64,000 nucleotides of DNA from an uncultured delta proteobacterium (lineage in GTDB: Bacteria; Desulfobacterota; Desulfobacteria; Desulfobacterales; JAFDCJ01), in the NCBI GenBank assembly GCA_963769935.1, contig CAVYNY010000017.1:32001-96000 (forward strand). The letters run 5' to 3'. Below are positions 20,193 to 29,055 of the stretch, in pieces (the first letter of the stretch is position 1; every line of letters begins with the position of its first letter). The notes below the pieces were generated by a model. The model was not told the DNA's origin. It made no database searches and saw only the letters and a list, made by a program, of their open reading frames with translations. The position numbers and the translations under genes are program-made.

Positions 20193-21284
20193 ATGAAAAG
20201 AAAATCAGTCATTATCATTGCCGTTTTGTTGACCTTGGCGCTCGCAGAGCTGCCTGCCGCCCGAAAATGTTTTGCCGCGGCCGAAGTTTTCAATTTTAAG
20301 TTCGCCCATATTTTTCCGCCGACCGCCAAGCACTCGCTAATCTGTGAAGCCTTTATCAAGGATCTTGAAGAGCGGTCCGGCGGACGCATCAAAACCAGCT
20401 ATTTCGGCGGCGGCTCACTGCTCAAACCACCCGGCATGTACAATGGCATAGAAATGGGAATCGCTGATATGGGGTTCGCCCATATCGAGTATACCCCGGG
20501 CCGTTTTCCGGTAACCGAAGCTTGCGACCTGCCGCTGGGCTACCCCAGTGGATGGGTATCGAACATGGTGGTAAACGACTTTTACAACACATTCAAACCA
20601 AAGGAATGGGACAAGGTCAAGGTGCTCTGGATGCATGCCAGTACACCCAACGTCATGATCTCCACCCAGCCGATTCGCACATTAGAGGATTTTAAGGGGT
20701 TGACCATCAGGGGACCGGGCCGGGTCGGAGATACCGTCAAAGCCCTGGGCGCATCCCCTGCCCCGATGCCGATTATGGAAGTTTACGACGGTCTGTCCAA
20801 AGGCGTCATTCAGGGCGTCAACACCCCCTTTGAGACGCTGAAAACCTTCAGGTTCGCCGAGGTCGCGAAATATACGACCTCCAGCTGGCAGGTCGGCAAC
20901 ATATATACCTTTTATGTCATCATGAACAAAAAAAGTTATGAAAGGCTGCCGGCGGATTTAAAGTTGATTCTTGAGGAACTTAGCGGGGAGTATAAAGAGA
21001 AGTTCGCTTTGATGTGGAATTCACTGGATTTTGACGGCAAGGATTTTGCCGCCGCAAAAGGGGTTGAGATCCTGCAGCTGACCCCGGACCAGGTGGATAA
21101 ATGGAAAAAAGCCACGGAGCCGGTGATCGATAACTATGTTAAGGACATGACTTCAAAAGGATATTCCGAAAGTGAAGTCAGAGGCTGGATCGCCTTTCTG
21201 CGGCAGCGGATTGATTTTTGGACCGCTAAGCAGCTTGATTACCGGATTAAATCCGTCACCGGACCGGATGAAATGAGACCTTAG
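20193..21284 (+). CDS. dctP: TRAP transporter substrate-binding protein
   Basis: Signal peptide, SGGRIK, YTPGRFP, DFKGLTIR, EVYDGLSKG. Confidence 0.9.
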   Translation: MKRKSVIIIAVLLTLALAELPAARKCFAAAEVFNFKFAHIFPPTAKHSLICEAFIKDLEERSGGRIKTSYFGGGSLLKPPGMYNGIEMGIADMGFAHIEYTPGRFPVTEACDLPLGYPSGWVSNMVVNDFYNTFKPKEWDKVKVLWMHASTPNVMISTQPIRTLEDFKGLTIRGPGRVGDTVKALGASPAPMPIMEVYDGLSKGVIQGVNTPFETLKTFRFAEVAKYTTSSWQVGNIYTFYVIMNKKSYERLPADLKLILEELSGEYKEKFALMWNSLDFDGKDFAAAKGVEILQLTPDQVDKWKKATEPVIDNYVKDMTSKGYSESEVRGWIAFLRQRIDFWTAKQLDYRIKSVTGPDEMRP

Positions 21285-21516
21285 TGCTTCGATTCGCAAT
21301 TACAGTTACGTATGCTTGGATTGAGAATTATTAATATTGCTCACTCAGCACTAAGTCCTGAGTGAATAAATACGCCACCGTATTTATGAATCGACGGACT
21401 TAGGGTTAGGTCGGTGCCGGTCGCCCGCCCCGGATAGAAAAAAAGCTGGAAGATCATATTGCCCGGCGAAATATTCCGGGGCCGGGCATATCCATTCGAA
21501 AAAGAGGCCGTGACTT

Positions 21517-22017
21517 TTGACGTCCCTGCTTGAAAAATTTGACCGTTTCAACCAAAGGTTCAGCTACCTCGTGGAGTGGATCGGTCTTGGCAGCCTGCTC
21601 CTGATGATGCTTATAACGTGCATGGACGTGATGGGAGCGAAGATATTCCGCCTGCCGGTTCCGGGGGCAATTGATTTCGTCATGTTGTTGCAGTTGTTCT
21701 CAATCTCCTTTGCCGTTGCCGCCAGCCTCATTTTAGGCCGGCATGTTGAGGTGGAATTTTTCGTTCCGCTGCTCCCAAAGGTCGTGCGCGGGATCGTGGA
21801 TTGCATTATCCAGCTGTTGGGCTTGCTGCTGTTTGTATTGATCTGCTGGCGTCTGATGGTTTATGGGCACATGCTTCAGACGTCCCATGAGGTGACGTCT
21901 ACAATTCGGATACCGCTCTATCCCTTTGCCTATGCAATGGTCTTGGCCTTCATCCCGGTCTGTCTGGTATACCTGCAGCGGTTTATCGTATCACTCATGA
22001 GGTTAATAAAAAATTGA
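21517..22017 (+). CDS. dctQ: TRAP transporter small permease
   Basis: Four TM helices, HVEVEF, lies between dctP and dctM. Confidence 0.88.
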   Translation: MTSLLEKFDRFNQRFSYLVEWIGLGSLLLMMLITCMDVMGAKIFRLPVPGAIDFVMLLQLFSISFAVAASLILGRHVEVEFFVPLLPKVVRGIVDCIIQLLGLLLFVLICWRLMVYGHMLQTSHEVTSTIRIPLYPFAYAMVLAFIPVCLVYLQRFIVSLMRLIKN

Positions 22018-23318
22018 GTCCTGTGGTCACCGGTATCGTCGGCATCGCGCTGCTTCTTCTGCTTTTTCTCTTGAGGATGCCCGTCGCTTTTTCAATGACG
22101 CTTGTCGGCGTCGCCGGCTTCAGCTATTTGACAGGTCTGGAACCGGGCCTGGGAGTTCTGAGGCAGGATATCTTTGAGACATTTTCCTCCTACCCGCTGT
22201 CCGTGATCCCCATGTTCATTCTCATGGGCTCCTTTGCTTTTGCCTCGGGGATCAGCCGCAGGCTATATGACACTGCGTATACATGGGTTGGACACTTGCG
22301 CGGGGGATTGACGATTGCCACCGTTCTGGCATGTTCGGGATTCGCCGCCATATGCGGTTCAACTGCTGCAACGGCGGCCACCATGGGAAAGATTGCGCTG
22401 CCGGAGATGAAAAAGTATAAATACAGCGATATGCTGGCTACCGGAACCATTGCCGCAGCGGGCACGCTGGGCATTCTTATTCCGCCCAGTACCATATTGA
22501 TTGTCTACGGAATATTAACGGAGGAATCGATTGGAAAGCTTTTTGTGGCCGGACTGCTGCCGGGTGTGATTTTGAGCCTTTTGTTCGTCGCTACCGTAGC
22601 CATAATATGCACGCGCAACCCGCAACTGGGGCCTTCCGGCGCCTCTACTACCTGGCGTGAAAAGGTAAAAGCGGTCAAGGGGATCATTGAGGCCTTTATT
22701 CTCTTTGTGCTGACGATCGGCGGATTGTTTCTAGGCTGGTTCAGCCCCACTCAGGCCGGAGCGATTGGTGCCGGCGGTGCCCTGTTGATCGGGTTGATCC
22801 GGCGGCAGCTCAGCTGGCAAAGCTTTTTTGAAGCCGGCAAAGACGGCCTGCGGACTTCGTGTATGGTGCTGTTCATCATCACCGGCGCCACGGTATTCGG
22901 CCATTTCATGGCTGTCACGATGATTCCGTTCATGCTCGCCGATTGGGTCGGCAGCCTTCCGATACCGAGCTTCGCCATAATGGCGGTAATTGTCTTTATA
23001 TACTTTGTCGGCGGGTTCTTCATGGATTCCATGGCCCTTGTGGTGGTCACCATCCCGATTTTCTTCCCGATGGTGATGAAGCTCGGGTTCGATCCCATCT
23101 GGTTCGGGGTTATTATCGTGCTGGTAGCGGAGATGGGCGTCATTACACCCCCGGTGGGCGTCAATGTGTTTGTAATCAAGGGAATAGCTCCGGAAATACC
23201 GCTCGAAGTCATATTCAAAGGCATCTTGCCGTTTCTGCTGGCTCTCATACTGTTTACGATTGTCCTGATGATATTTCCCCAAATTGCAACATTTTTACCC
23301 AGCCTTATCACCTATTAG
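22014..23318 (+). CDS. dctM: TRAP transporter large permease
   Basis: IPMFILMG, GTLGILIPPS, ITPPVGVNVF. Confidence 0.95.
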   Translation: MSPVVTGIVGIALLLLLFLLRMPVAFSMTLVGVAGFSYLTGLEPGLGVLRQDIFETFSSYPLSVIPMFILMGSFAFASGISRRLYDTAYTWVGHLRGGLTIATVLACSGFAAICGSTAATAATMGKIALPEMKKYKYSDMLATGTIAAAGTLGILIPPSTILIVYGILTEESIGKLFVAGLLPGVILSLLFVATVAIICTRNPQLGPSGASTTWREKVKAVKGIIEAFILFVLTIGGLFLGWFSPTQAGAIGAGGALLIGLIRRQLSWQSFFEAGKDGLRTSCMVLFIITGATVFGHFMAVTMIPFMLADWVGSLPIPSFAIMAVIVFIYFVGGFFMDSMALVVVTIPIFFPMVMKLGFDPIWFGVIIVLVAEMGVITPPVGVNVFVIKGIAPEIPLEVIFKGILPFLLALILFTIVLMIFPQIATFLPSLITY

Positions 23319-23389
23319 CGGAAACCCGAAAAGTCGGTTCAAAAAATTTTAAAGGGCAGGTAAAACTCGCAAGACTCTGGAGACCCGAT

Positions 23390-23881
23390 ATGGAAAAGCA
23401 AGATCTGCTGAAAGGCAAGCGGATTCTAATCGTAGATGACGAACCGGATGTCCTGGATGCGTTGGCCGACTTGTTGGGCATGTGCGAACTAACAACGGCG
23501 TCGACCTTTGAAGAAGCTCGGCAAAAATTGCTTGCCGGCCCTTTTGATATGGCAATTTTAGATATTATGGGGGTCGACGGCTATAAACTTCTGGAATTGG
23601 CCACGCAAAGAAAAATTACCGCCATCATGCTGACCGCGCATGCGCTGAGTCCGGAAGACACCCTCAAGTCCCATAAAAAGGGCGCAGCCTATTATCTTCC
23701 CAAGGAAGAAATGTTCAACATCGAACGACACCTGATCGATGTGCTGGAAGCGCAGGCAAAAGGCCGGAATACGTGGGTGCGCTGGTTCGACCGGTTCGCC
23801 TCGTATTATGAAAGAAAATTCGGGCCCGACTGGCAGGAGACTGACAAAAAATACTGGGACAAATTCAAAAACTATTATTGA
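23390..23881 (+). CDS. Single-domain response regulator with aromatic-rich C-terminal extension
   Basis: ILIVDDEPD, LDIMGVDG, MLTAHA, YLPKE; real gene is the 3' part of ORF 22859..23881. Confidence 0.88.
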   Translation: MEKQDLLKGKRILIVDDEPDVLDALADLLGMCELTTASTFEEARQKLLAGPFDMAILDIMGVDGYKLLELATQRKITAIMLTAHALSPEDTLKSHKKGAAYYLPKEEMFNIERHLIDVLEAQAKGRNTWVRWFDRFASYYERKFGPDWQETDKKYWDKFKNYY

Positions 23882-24160
23882 CCCCGCTGAAACAGACAGG
23901 GAGCGCTAAACGTATCGAGGACCCGCTTGACCGGTTCAACCCAACTTGAAAAGGACTGCGGCGAATCAAACTCATCCACGATGTCCGCTTCGCCTTCTTT
24001 GACCTTGACCCACTCGCTGTCGGTGAGCATGTCCAGGCTGGTGGGAGCGGTTTCCAACCACGGTAATTAATCCGCCGGACCCTCGATTAACAATTTTCTT
24101 CAGTTTTCAAAAAACAATTTACAATCCTGAATGTACTATTTTTCAGGGCGGATTAATTAG

Positions 24161-24397
24161 TTAAAGAAGATCACGCAAAAGGGCGGCGCAGGTATCCGAC
24201 ATTTCGATCCCGGTTTCCTCGACCGCAATTGCTTCCCGCTCACAGATTTCAACGCAGCTAAGACAGCCCACACAATCTTTCGCATTTACGGGGGTCGACT
24301 TACCATTTCGCATTTCAAAAACTTCCGATGTGCAGGCTTCCAGACATTCTTCACAGCCGTTACATTTTTCCTGGTTCAGTGTTATTTTAAATCCCAT
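24161..24397 (-). CDS. 2x[4Fe-4S] ferredoxin
   Basis: CNGCEECLEAC and CVGCLSCVEIC; AGGAG RBS upstream of ATG 24397. Confidence 0.9.
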   Translation of the reverse strand: MGFKITLNQEKCNGCEECLEACTSEVFEMRNGKSTPVNAKDCVGCLSCVEICEREAIAVEETGIEMSDTCAALLRDLL

Positions 24398-24688
24398 CTT
24401 GTGATAGATCCTCCTTTGTACCGCTTTGTGTCCGTGGCTGGACTTATACAAAGTTGAATGATGCCACTAGATTCGGAATTTTTCACAAAAATGTCAACAG
24501 AAAAATTGTATCCAAAATATAAAGCAATCCAGGAAAATTTCAAAATTATTGGTTGACCCTTATCGGGCTATATTTTGGCAGAAAATTAATTAATATATTG
24601 AATTATATACATATTTAAAAAATATATTTTTGTTGACATTTCATAGGTGATCGATTAAAAATACTAATATCTCACAAAATTAAAGCCA

Positions 24689-24700
24689 TTTGTATACAAA
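24689..24700. promoter_or_regulatory. GntR/FadR-type operator palindrome
   Basis: Perfect TTTGTATACAAA at the gntR start; related TTGTATCCAA at 24506-24515 and TTATACAA near 24444; TTGACA on both strands in the divergent intergenic region. Confidence 0.65.
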
Positions 24701-25388
24701 ATTGGAAAAATCTGCCACTCAATTAAAGATCTCAAAAAAGTCCGTCCCGGTGCGGGAAAGGGCTTATAACGATTTGAAATCCGACCTGCTTTCCGGCCGT
24801 TTTACCCCGGGAGAAAGACTGACCGAAGAGCATTTGGCAAAAAGCTTGGGCGTCAGCCGAACACCGGTCAGAGAAGCCCTTCATAAGCTGGAATCCGAAG
24901 GTTTGGTCAAGCCCCTGGAAAGCAGGGGTTTTTACGTTGCACGGGATTCGCGCGAAGAGCTGGAGGATCTTTTCGATATCAGGGCCGCCTTGGAAGGCTA
25001 TGCGATAAGATTAATCTGCGCCCGAATATCCGCGGAAACAATCAAACAGCTCAACGAATTCATCAAAAAAGCAGAAGATGCACTTGCCCGCAAGCAACTC
25101 GATGAGATCTTTGAATACAACACCCAATTTCATGATGTTCTTCACGGCGTGATTGCCCGCAAAACCCGATTCCACACCCTGATTGCCGATACCCGCAAAT
25201 ATGTGCTGCGCTACCGCAAGGACAGCCTTCATTATTTCGACGGTGCGCGGCGAACCATCGACGGGCACAAAAAAATACTGATGGCCATTAGTCTGAAAGA
25301 CCCGGAGCTATGTGAGCGTGTGATGCGGCAACATATCCGGGAGGCCAAAGAAGAGGCATTGCATAAAATTTCTGAGAAAAAACAATGA
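24690..25388 (+). CDS. GntR-family (FCD domain) transcriptional regulator
   Basis: PGERLTEEHLAKSLGVSRTPVREAL wHTH; FCD motifs FHDVL and GHKKI. Confidence 0.93.
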   Translation: MYTKLEKSATQLKISKKSVPVRERAYNDLKSDLLSGRFTPGERLTEEHLAKSLGVSRTPVREALHKLESEGLVKPLESRGFYVARDSREELEDLFDIRAALEGYAIRLICARISAETIKQLNEFIKKAEDALARKQLDEIFEYNTQFHDVLHGVIARKTRFHTLIADTRKYVLRYRKDSLHYFDGARRTIDGHKKILMAISLKDPELCERVMRQHIREAKEEALHKISEKKQ

Positions 25389-25441
25389 TCCGCTGAAATA
25401 AACAGTGTTTGTTTCCGGATATTCCGAATGAGGAGGTTCTG

Positions 25442-26197
25442 ATGAAAGCAGATAAAGACAAATGTATCGCCTGCAAACGATGTTTTGCATATTGCCCCAT
25501 GGGCCGGATACAGACTTTTCATCGGCATGAGAAAATTCCCGGCCGCATTTACATTGAAATAGACCAGGACGCCTGTACCGACTGCGGCATGTGCGTGCGG
25601 GCCAACATCTGTCCGGTCAATGCCCTTTATCAGCAAGTCGAGGAATGGCCGCGGGAAATCAGAGGTATTTTGAGCAATCCGCTCATCGAGTTCAAGGGCT
25701 CGCAGGTGCCGGGACGGGGAACTGAAGAGATGAAAACCAACGACGTTAAAGGCTCCTTTCTGCCCGGTGAGGTTGGGGTCGGAGTTGAGCTGGGCCGTCC
25801 CGGTGTAGGGGCTTATTTCAGGGACGTCGAAATCATCGCGATGGCCTTGATGGGCGCGAACATCGGCTATGAACTGGCCGCGGAAAATCCGGTTACCCAT
25901 TTCATGTCGGACAAAAAAACGGGCAAACTGCGAGACGATGTGCTCGGTGAAAAGGCAACATCCGCAATTATTGAGGGCAAGTGCAAGTTGGAAAAACTGC
26001 CCGAGGCGTTAAAGGCTTTGCAGGAGGCTGCTGAAAAGGTCGATACGGTGTTTACCGTGGAAGTGATCACAAAGGTTACGCCGGAAGGAGAGGTGCCCAC
26101 CAAAGCCGTCCTGGAAAAATTAGGCTTCTGGTACTCCATCAACAGTAAGAACAACCTCGGGCTGGGACTGCCGGCCTTTGATTTTTACGGATCATAA
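25442..26197 (+). CDS. 4Fe-4S dicluster protein with uncharacterised C-terminal domain
   Basis: CIACKRCFAYCP and CTDCGMCVRANICP; C-domain with GRGTEEMKTNDV and ELGRPGVG; GAGGAGG RBS. Confidence 0.88.
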   Translation: MKADKDKCIACKRCFAYCPMGRIQTFHRHEKIPGRIYIEIDQDACTDCGMCVRANICPVNALYQQVEEWPREIRGILSNPLIEFKGSQVPGRGTEEMKTNDVKGSFLPGEVGVGVELGRPGVGAYFRDVEIIAMALMGANIGYELAAENPVTHFMSDKKTGKLRDDVLGEKATSAIIEGKCKLEKLPEALKALQEAAEKVDTVFTVEVITKVTPEGEVPTKAVLEKLGFWYSINSKNNLGLGLPAFDFYGS

Positions 26198-26209
26198 AGG
26201 AGACGATTC

Positions 26210-26857
26210 ATGACACACAGCTTGCACCGCAGGGGGGACTACGAGAGCCTCAAGGAAGATTTTGTGGTACTGGGCTGCCCGGCGACGGGCGTCAACAAGG
26301 TCGGGTCCGCCCCCAAGACCCAGAATTTTTTGAGCATCTGTTACAAGCACGGTCCGGTCAACCTGGGCGATATGAAAACCGGCAATATTTACAACACCAC
26401 CATGGATGATATCCTGGCAAGTGTAACGGATGGTACCATCGTTCAGTGTACTTTCGACAACCGGGATAAAATTGTGGATTTGATGAAAGAACTCAAGGAG
26501 AGAAGACCCGGAATATCCGTCATCATTTCCGGCGTGACCGATGTCGTGCAGCAGTGTATGTTCGAAGCCGGACTCGGTCCGATCCATTCACTCGAGTATT
26601 CATTGGGGACCTGGGGCAAAACCGAAAGATTGCCCGGGTATGCGGTATTGAAGCTGGTTACGATGTGCGGGCATGCCATGATTGCCTCCGACCTGGTGGG
26701 TAAAATGGTGCGGGACGTCAAACGCGGGCGCCGGACCATCAGATCCTGTGTGGTGGAATTGGCCCGGTGCTGTACCTGCGGCAACTTCAATTTGACACGC
26801 GGAGAAAAGATATTCCAGGAAGTCCTTTCAACCTATACGGTTCATAGTCTGTACTGA
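26210..26857 (+). CDS. Hypothetical Cys/His-rich (probable metal-binding) protein
   Basis: AAGGAG RBS; THSLHR, TMCGH and CCTCGNFN motifs; tightly spaced in the operon. Confidence 0.82.
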   Translation: MTHSLHRRGDYESLKEDFVVLGCPATGVNKVGSAPKTQNFLSICYKHGPVNLGDMKTGNIYNTTMDDILASVTDGTIVQCTFDNRDKIVDLMKELKERRPGISVIISGVTDVVQQCMFEAGLGPIHSLEYSLGTWGKTERLPGYAVLKLVTMCGHAMIASDLVGKMVRDVKRGRRTIRSCVVELARCCTCGNFNLTRGEKIFQEVLSTYTVHSLY

Positions 26858-26890
26858 AACCGGAAACGTTACAAGTATAAGGAGACAAAG

Positions 26891-28204
26891 ATGCGATATG
26901 TACTGGTGGGCGGGAGCGCTGCAGCCGTAAGTGCGCTGGAGGCGATTCGATCCGTTGACAAGTCGTCGCCAATTGATTTGTTCAGCGATGAAAAAGCGCC
27001 GCTTTTTTCAAGAGTGCTTCTTCCCTACTATGTGGCCGAGGAGCTCTCGAAACCGCTGTTAAATTTCAGATCGGCTGATTTTTTCCAGGAAAACAATGTT
27101 ACGGCCCATATCGGCGTCAGGGTTCAAGCGATTGATCCGGCTGCCAAAACGGTGACCGCCGATGACGGCCACACCTATGCCTATGACAAGTTGCTGCTTG
27201 CCACCGGCGGCAATGCGATCGTCCCAAAATTACCGGGCGTTGACAAGGAAGGCATCTCGCCGCTCAAGACCATGCAGGATGCGGAAAGAATATATAATTT
27301 TGACGGCGGCCGGGCGGTGGTCATCGGTGCCGGCAGCATCGGCGTCGAGTCCTGTATCAGCCTGATGCGAAGGGGTGTCAAGGTCACATTGCTCGAACAG
27401 TTGGGCCAGGTGCTGCCGACGGTTTTTGATGACGAGGCGGCCGGCATCATCCGGGAAGTCATCGAGCAGATGGGAATCGAGGTGATCACCGGCGAGCGCG
27501 CGATTGAATTTACCGGCAACGGCCGGGTGCAGAGTGTTGTGACGAGCACCGGCGAGATTGAGTGCGACAATGTCATTTTGTCCGTTGGGGTCAGGCCGGC
27601 GGTGGAGCTGGCCGAGCAGGCCGGGATCGAGGTCGGCATGATGGGCGGAATCACAACCGATGCCGCTATGATGACGAGTCGGCAGGATATATATGCCGCC
27701 GGGGATGTATGTGAGACCTTTGATATTGCCCGCAACCAGCCTTTTATCAATGCCATCTGGCCGATGGCCGTGGAACAGGGCCGGATTGCCGGACTGAATA
27801 TGGCCGGGCAAAGCAGACAATACGGCGGGTCCGTCCGAATGAACTCCATCGGTAATTTTATCGGTATTCCGGCCATGTCCATGGGTGTTACCCGCACCGA
27901 GGAATGCTCATATGTCGATGAAGATTGTCACTTCCAGGAGATCAAAAAACGGACCCGGAACACTTACAAGAAGATCATTTTAAAAAACGGATGCATTGTC
28001 GGGGCGATCTTCATCGGGGTGGGTCAAACCCAGCGCTGCGGCCTTATATCGATTCTTCTCAGGCGGCAAATTGACGTTTCCGACTATATTCAAACATTGA
28101 TGAGCAACAATTTGAGCTTCATGGATATCCTGCCGTTGTTGCGGCGCTACGGCGACAAGTTCACCGAACCCGAATACAAAGAGCTGATGGATACGGGGCT
28201 TTAG
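26891..28204 (+). CDS. FAD-dependent pyridine nucleotide oxidoreductase (FNOR/rubredoxin-reductase-like)
   Basis: LVGGSAAA, YDKLLLATG, VIGAGSIG, IYAAGD, AVEQGRIAGLNM. Confidence 0.92.
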   Translation: MRYVLVGGSAAAVSALEAIRSVDKSSPIDLFSDEKAPLFSRVLLPYYVAEELSKPLLNFRSADFFQENNVTAHIGVRVQAIDPAAKTVTADDGHTYAYDKLLLATGGNAIVPKLPGVDKEGISPLKTMQDAERIYNFDGGRAVVIGAGSIGVESCISLMRRGVKVTLLEQLGQVLPTVFDDEAAGIIREVIEQMGIEVITGERAIEFTGNGRVQSVVTSTGEIECDNVILSVGVRPAVELAEQAGIEVGMMGGITTDAAMMTSRQDIYAAGDVCETFDIARNQPFINAIWPMAVEQGRIAGLNMAGQSRQYGGSVRMNSIGNFIGIPAMSMGVTRTEECSYVDEDCHFQEIKKRTRNTYKKIILKNGCIVGAIFIGVGQTQRCGLISILLRRQIDVSDYIQTLMSNNLSFMDILPLLRRYGDKFTEPEYKELMDTGL

Positions 28205-28425
28205 GTTTTGAAAACTTCACCGTTCAATGGTTCAGAGGTCCAGGGTTAACTTCGAATCCGAACCGATAGTTGCATCAGTTTTGAAAGAAAATTGTTCGCG
28301 GGTAGAACACTCTTAGAAGATTAAAGCATAATAATTGGCGTGAACGCCAATCCACCAGGTAATTAAAGGATACCCTGAACGGGGAACTTTGAACCTGGGA
28401 ACCCTTTGTTGACGAGGAGGACAAA

Positions 28426-28875
28426 TTGCAGGTTATAAAAGTAGATCCCAAGAAATGTACCGGTTGCCACCAGTGCGAGCTTTGGTGCGGAACGGAAATC
28501 GCATCTCTCGCCAAGGAATTATCCGGCGCAATCAATGAAGAACCCCAGCCGGTGCCCCGGGTGTATGTGGAAGGTAAAAAGCTGGCCCTGCAGTGCCGGC
28601 ATTGTGTTGAGGCGCCGTGCCTGGATGCCTGCCCCAACGGAACCATGCGGCGGGACCCGGAAACCGGACTGGTGTATGTAAATGAGCCGACCTGTATTGC
28701 ATGCTGGATGTGTGTGATGGTATGTCCCTTCGGCATCATCAATCCGTCGCCGACCCACCGGGTGGCAATTAAATGCGACCGCTGCCGTAACATGGGCTAC
28801 CCCATATGTGCGGAGGTATGTCCGACTCAGGCCATATCCGTTGAACCCCGGCAGGACTATCGTAAAGTCTTTTAA
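28426..28875 (+). CDS. cooF: CooF-like 4x[4Fe-4S] electron-transfer subunit
   Basis: CTGCHQCELWC, CRHCVEAPCLDACP, CIACWMCVMVCPFG, KCDRC...ICAEVCPT; GAGGAGG RBS. Confidence 0.85.
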   Translation: MQVIKVDPKKCTGCHQCELWCGTEIASLAKELSGAINEEPQPVPRVYVEGKKLALQCRHCVEAPCLDACPNGTMRRDPETGLVYVNEPTCIACWMCVMVCPFGIINPSPTHRVAIKCDRCRNMGYPICAEVCPTQAISVEPRQDYRKVF

Positions 28876-28916
28876 AAGGAAGATTGTGCAACTTATGGCA
28901 AAGTTAATAAAAATTA

Positions 28917-28998
28917 ATCACGAAAACACGAAATTCGGAAAGCACGAAATTAGATAATTATTTTTTTTCGTGTTTTCGCCCTTTCGTGCTTTCGTGAT
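28917..28998. repeat. Palindromic intergenic element built from CACGAAA units
   Basis: CACGAAAACACGAAATTCGGAAAGCACGAAA ... TTTCGTGTTTTCGCCCTTTCGTGCTTTCGTG. Confidence 0.7.
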
Positions 28999-29055
28999 AA
29001 AAAATTTCTGTTGAGTTCCGGGTGCTTAGGTTTAGGCATAAGAAAGGAGAAAAAG

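Noticed and set aside
22859..23389. Long N-terminal extension on the response regulator (likewise ORFs 57243..58877 and 62229..63530)
   Set aside because: The extensions are off-frame overlaps with upstream permease genes; internal ATGs give normal-length proteins
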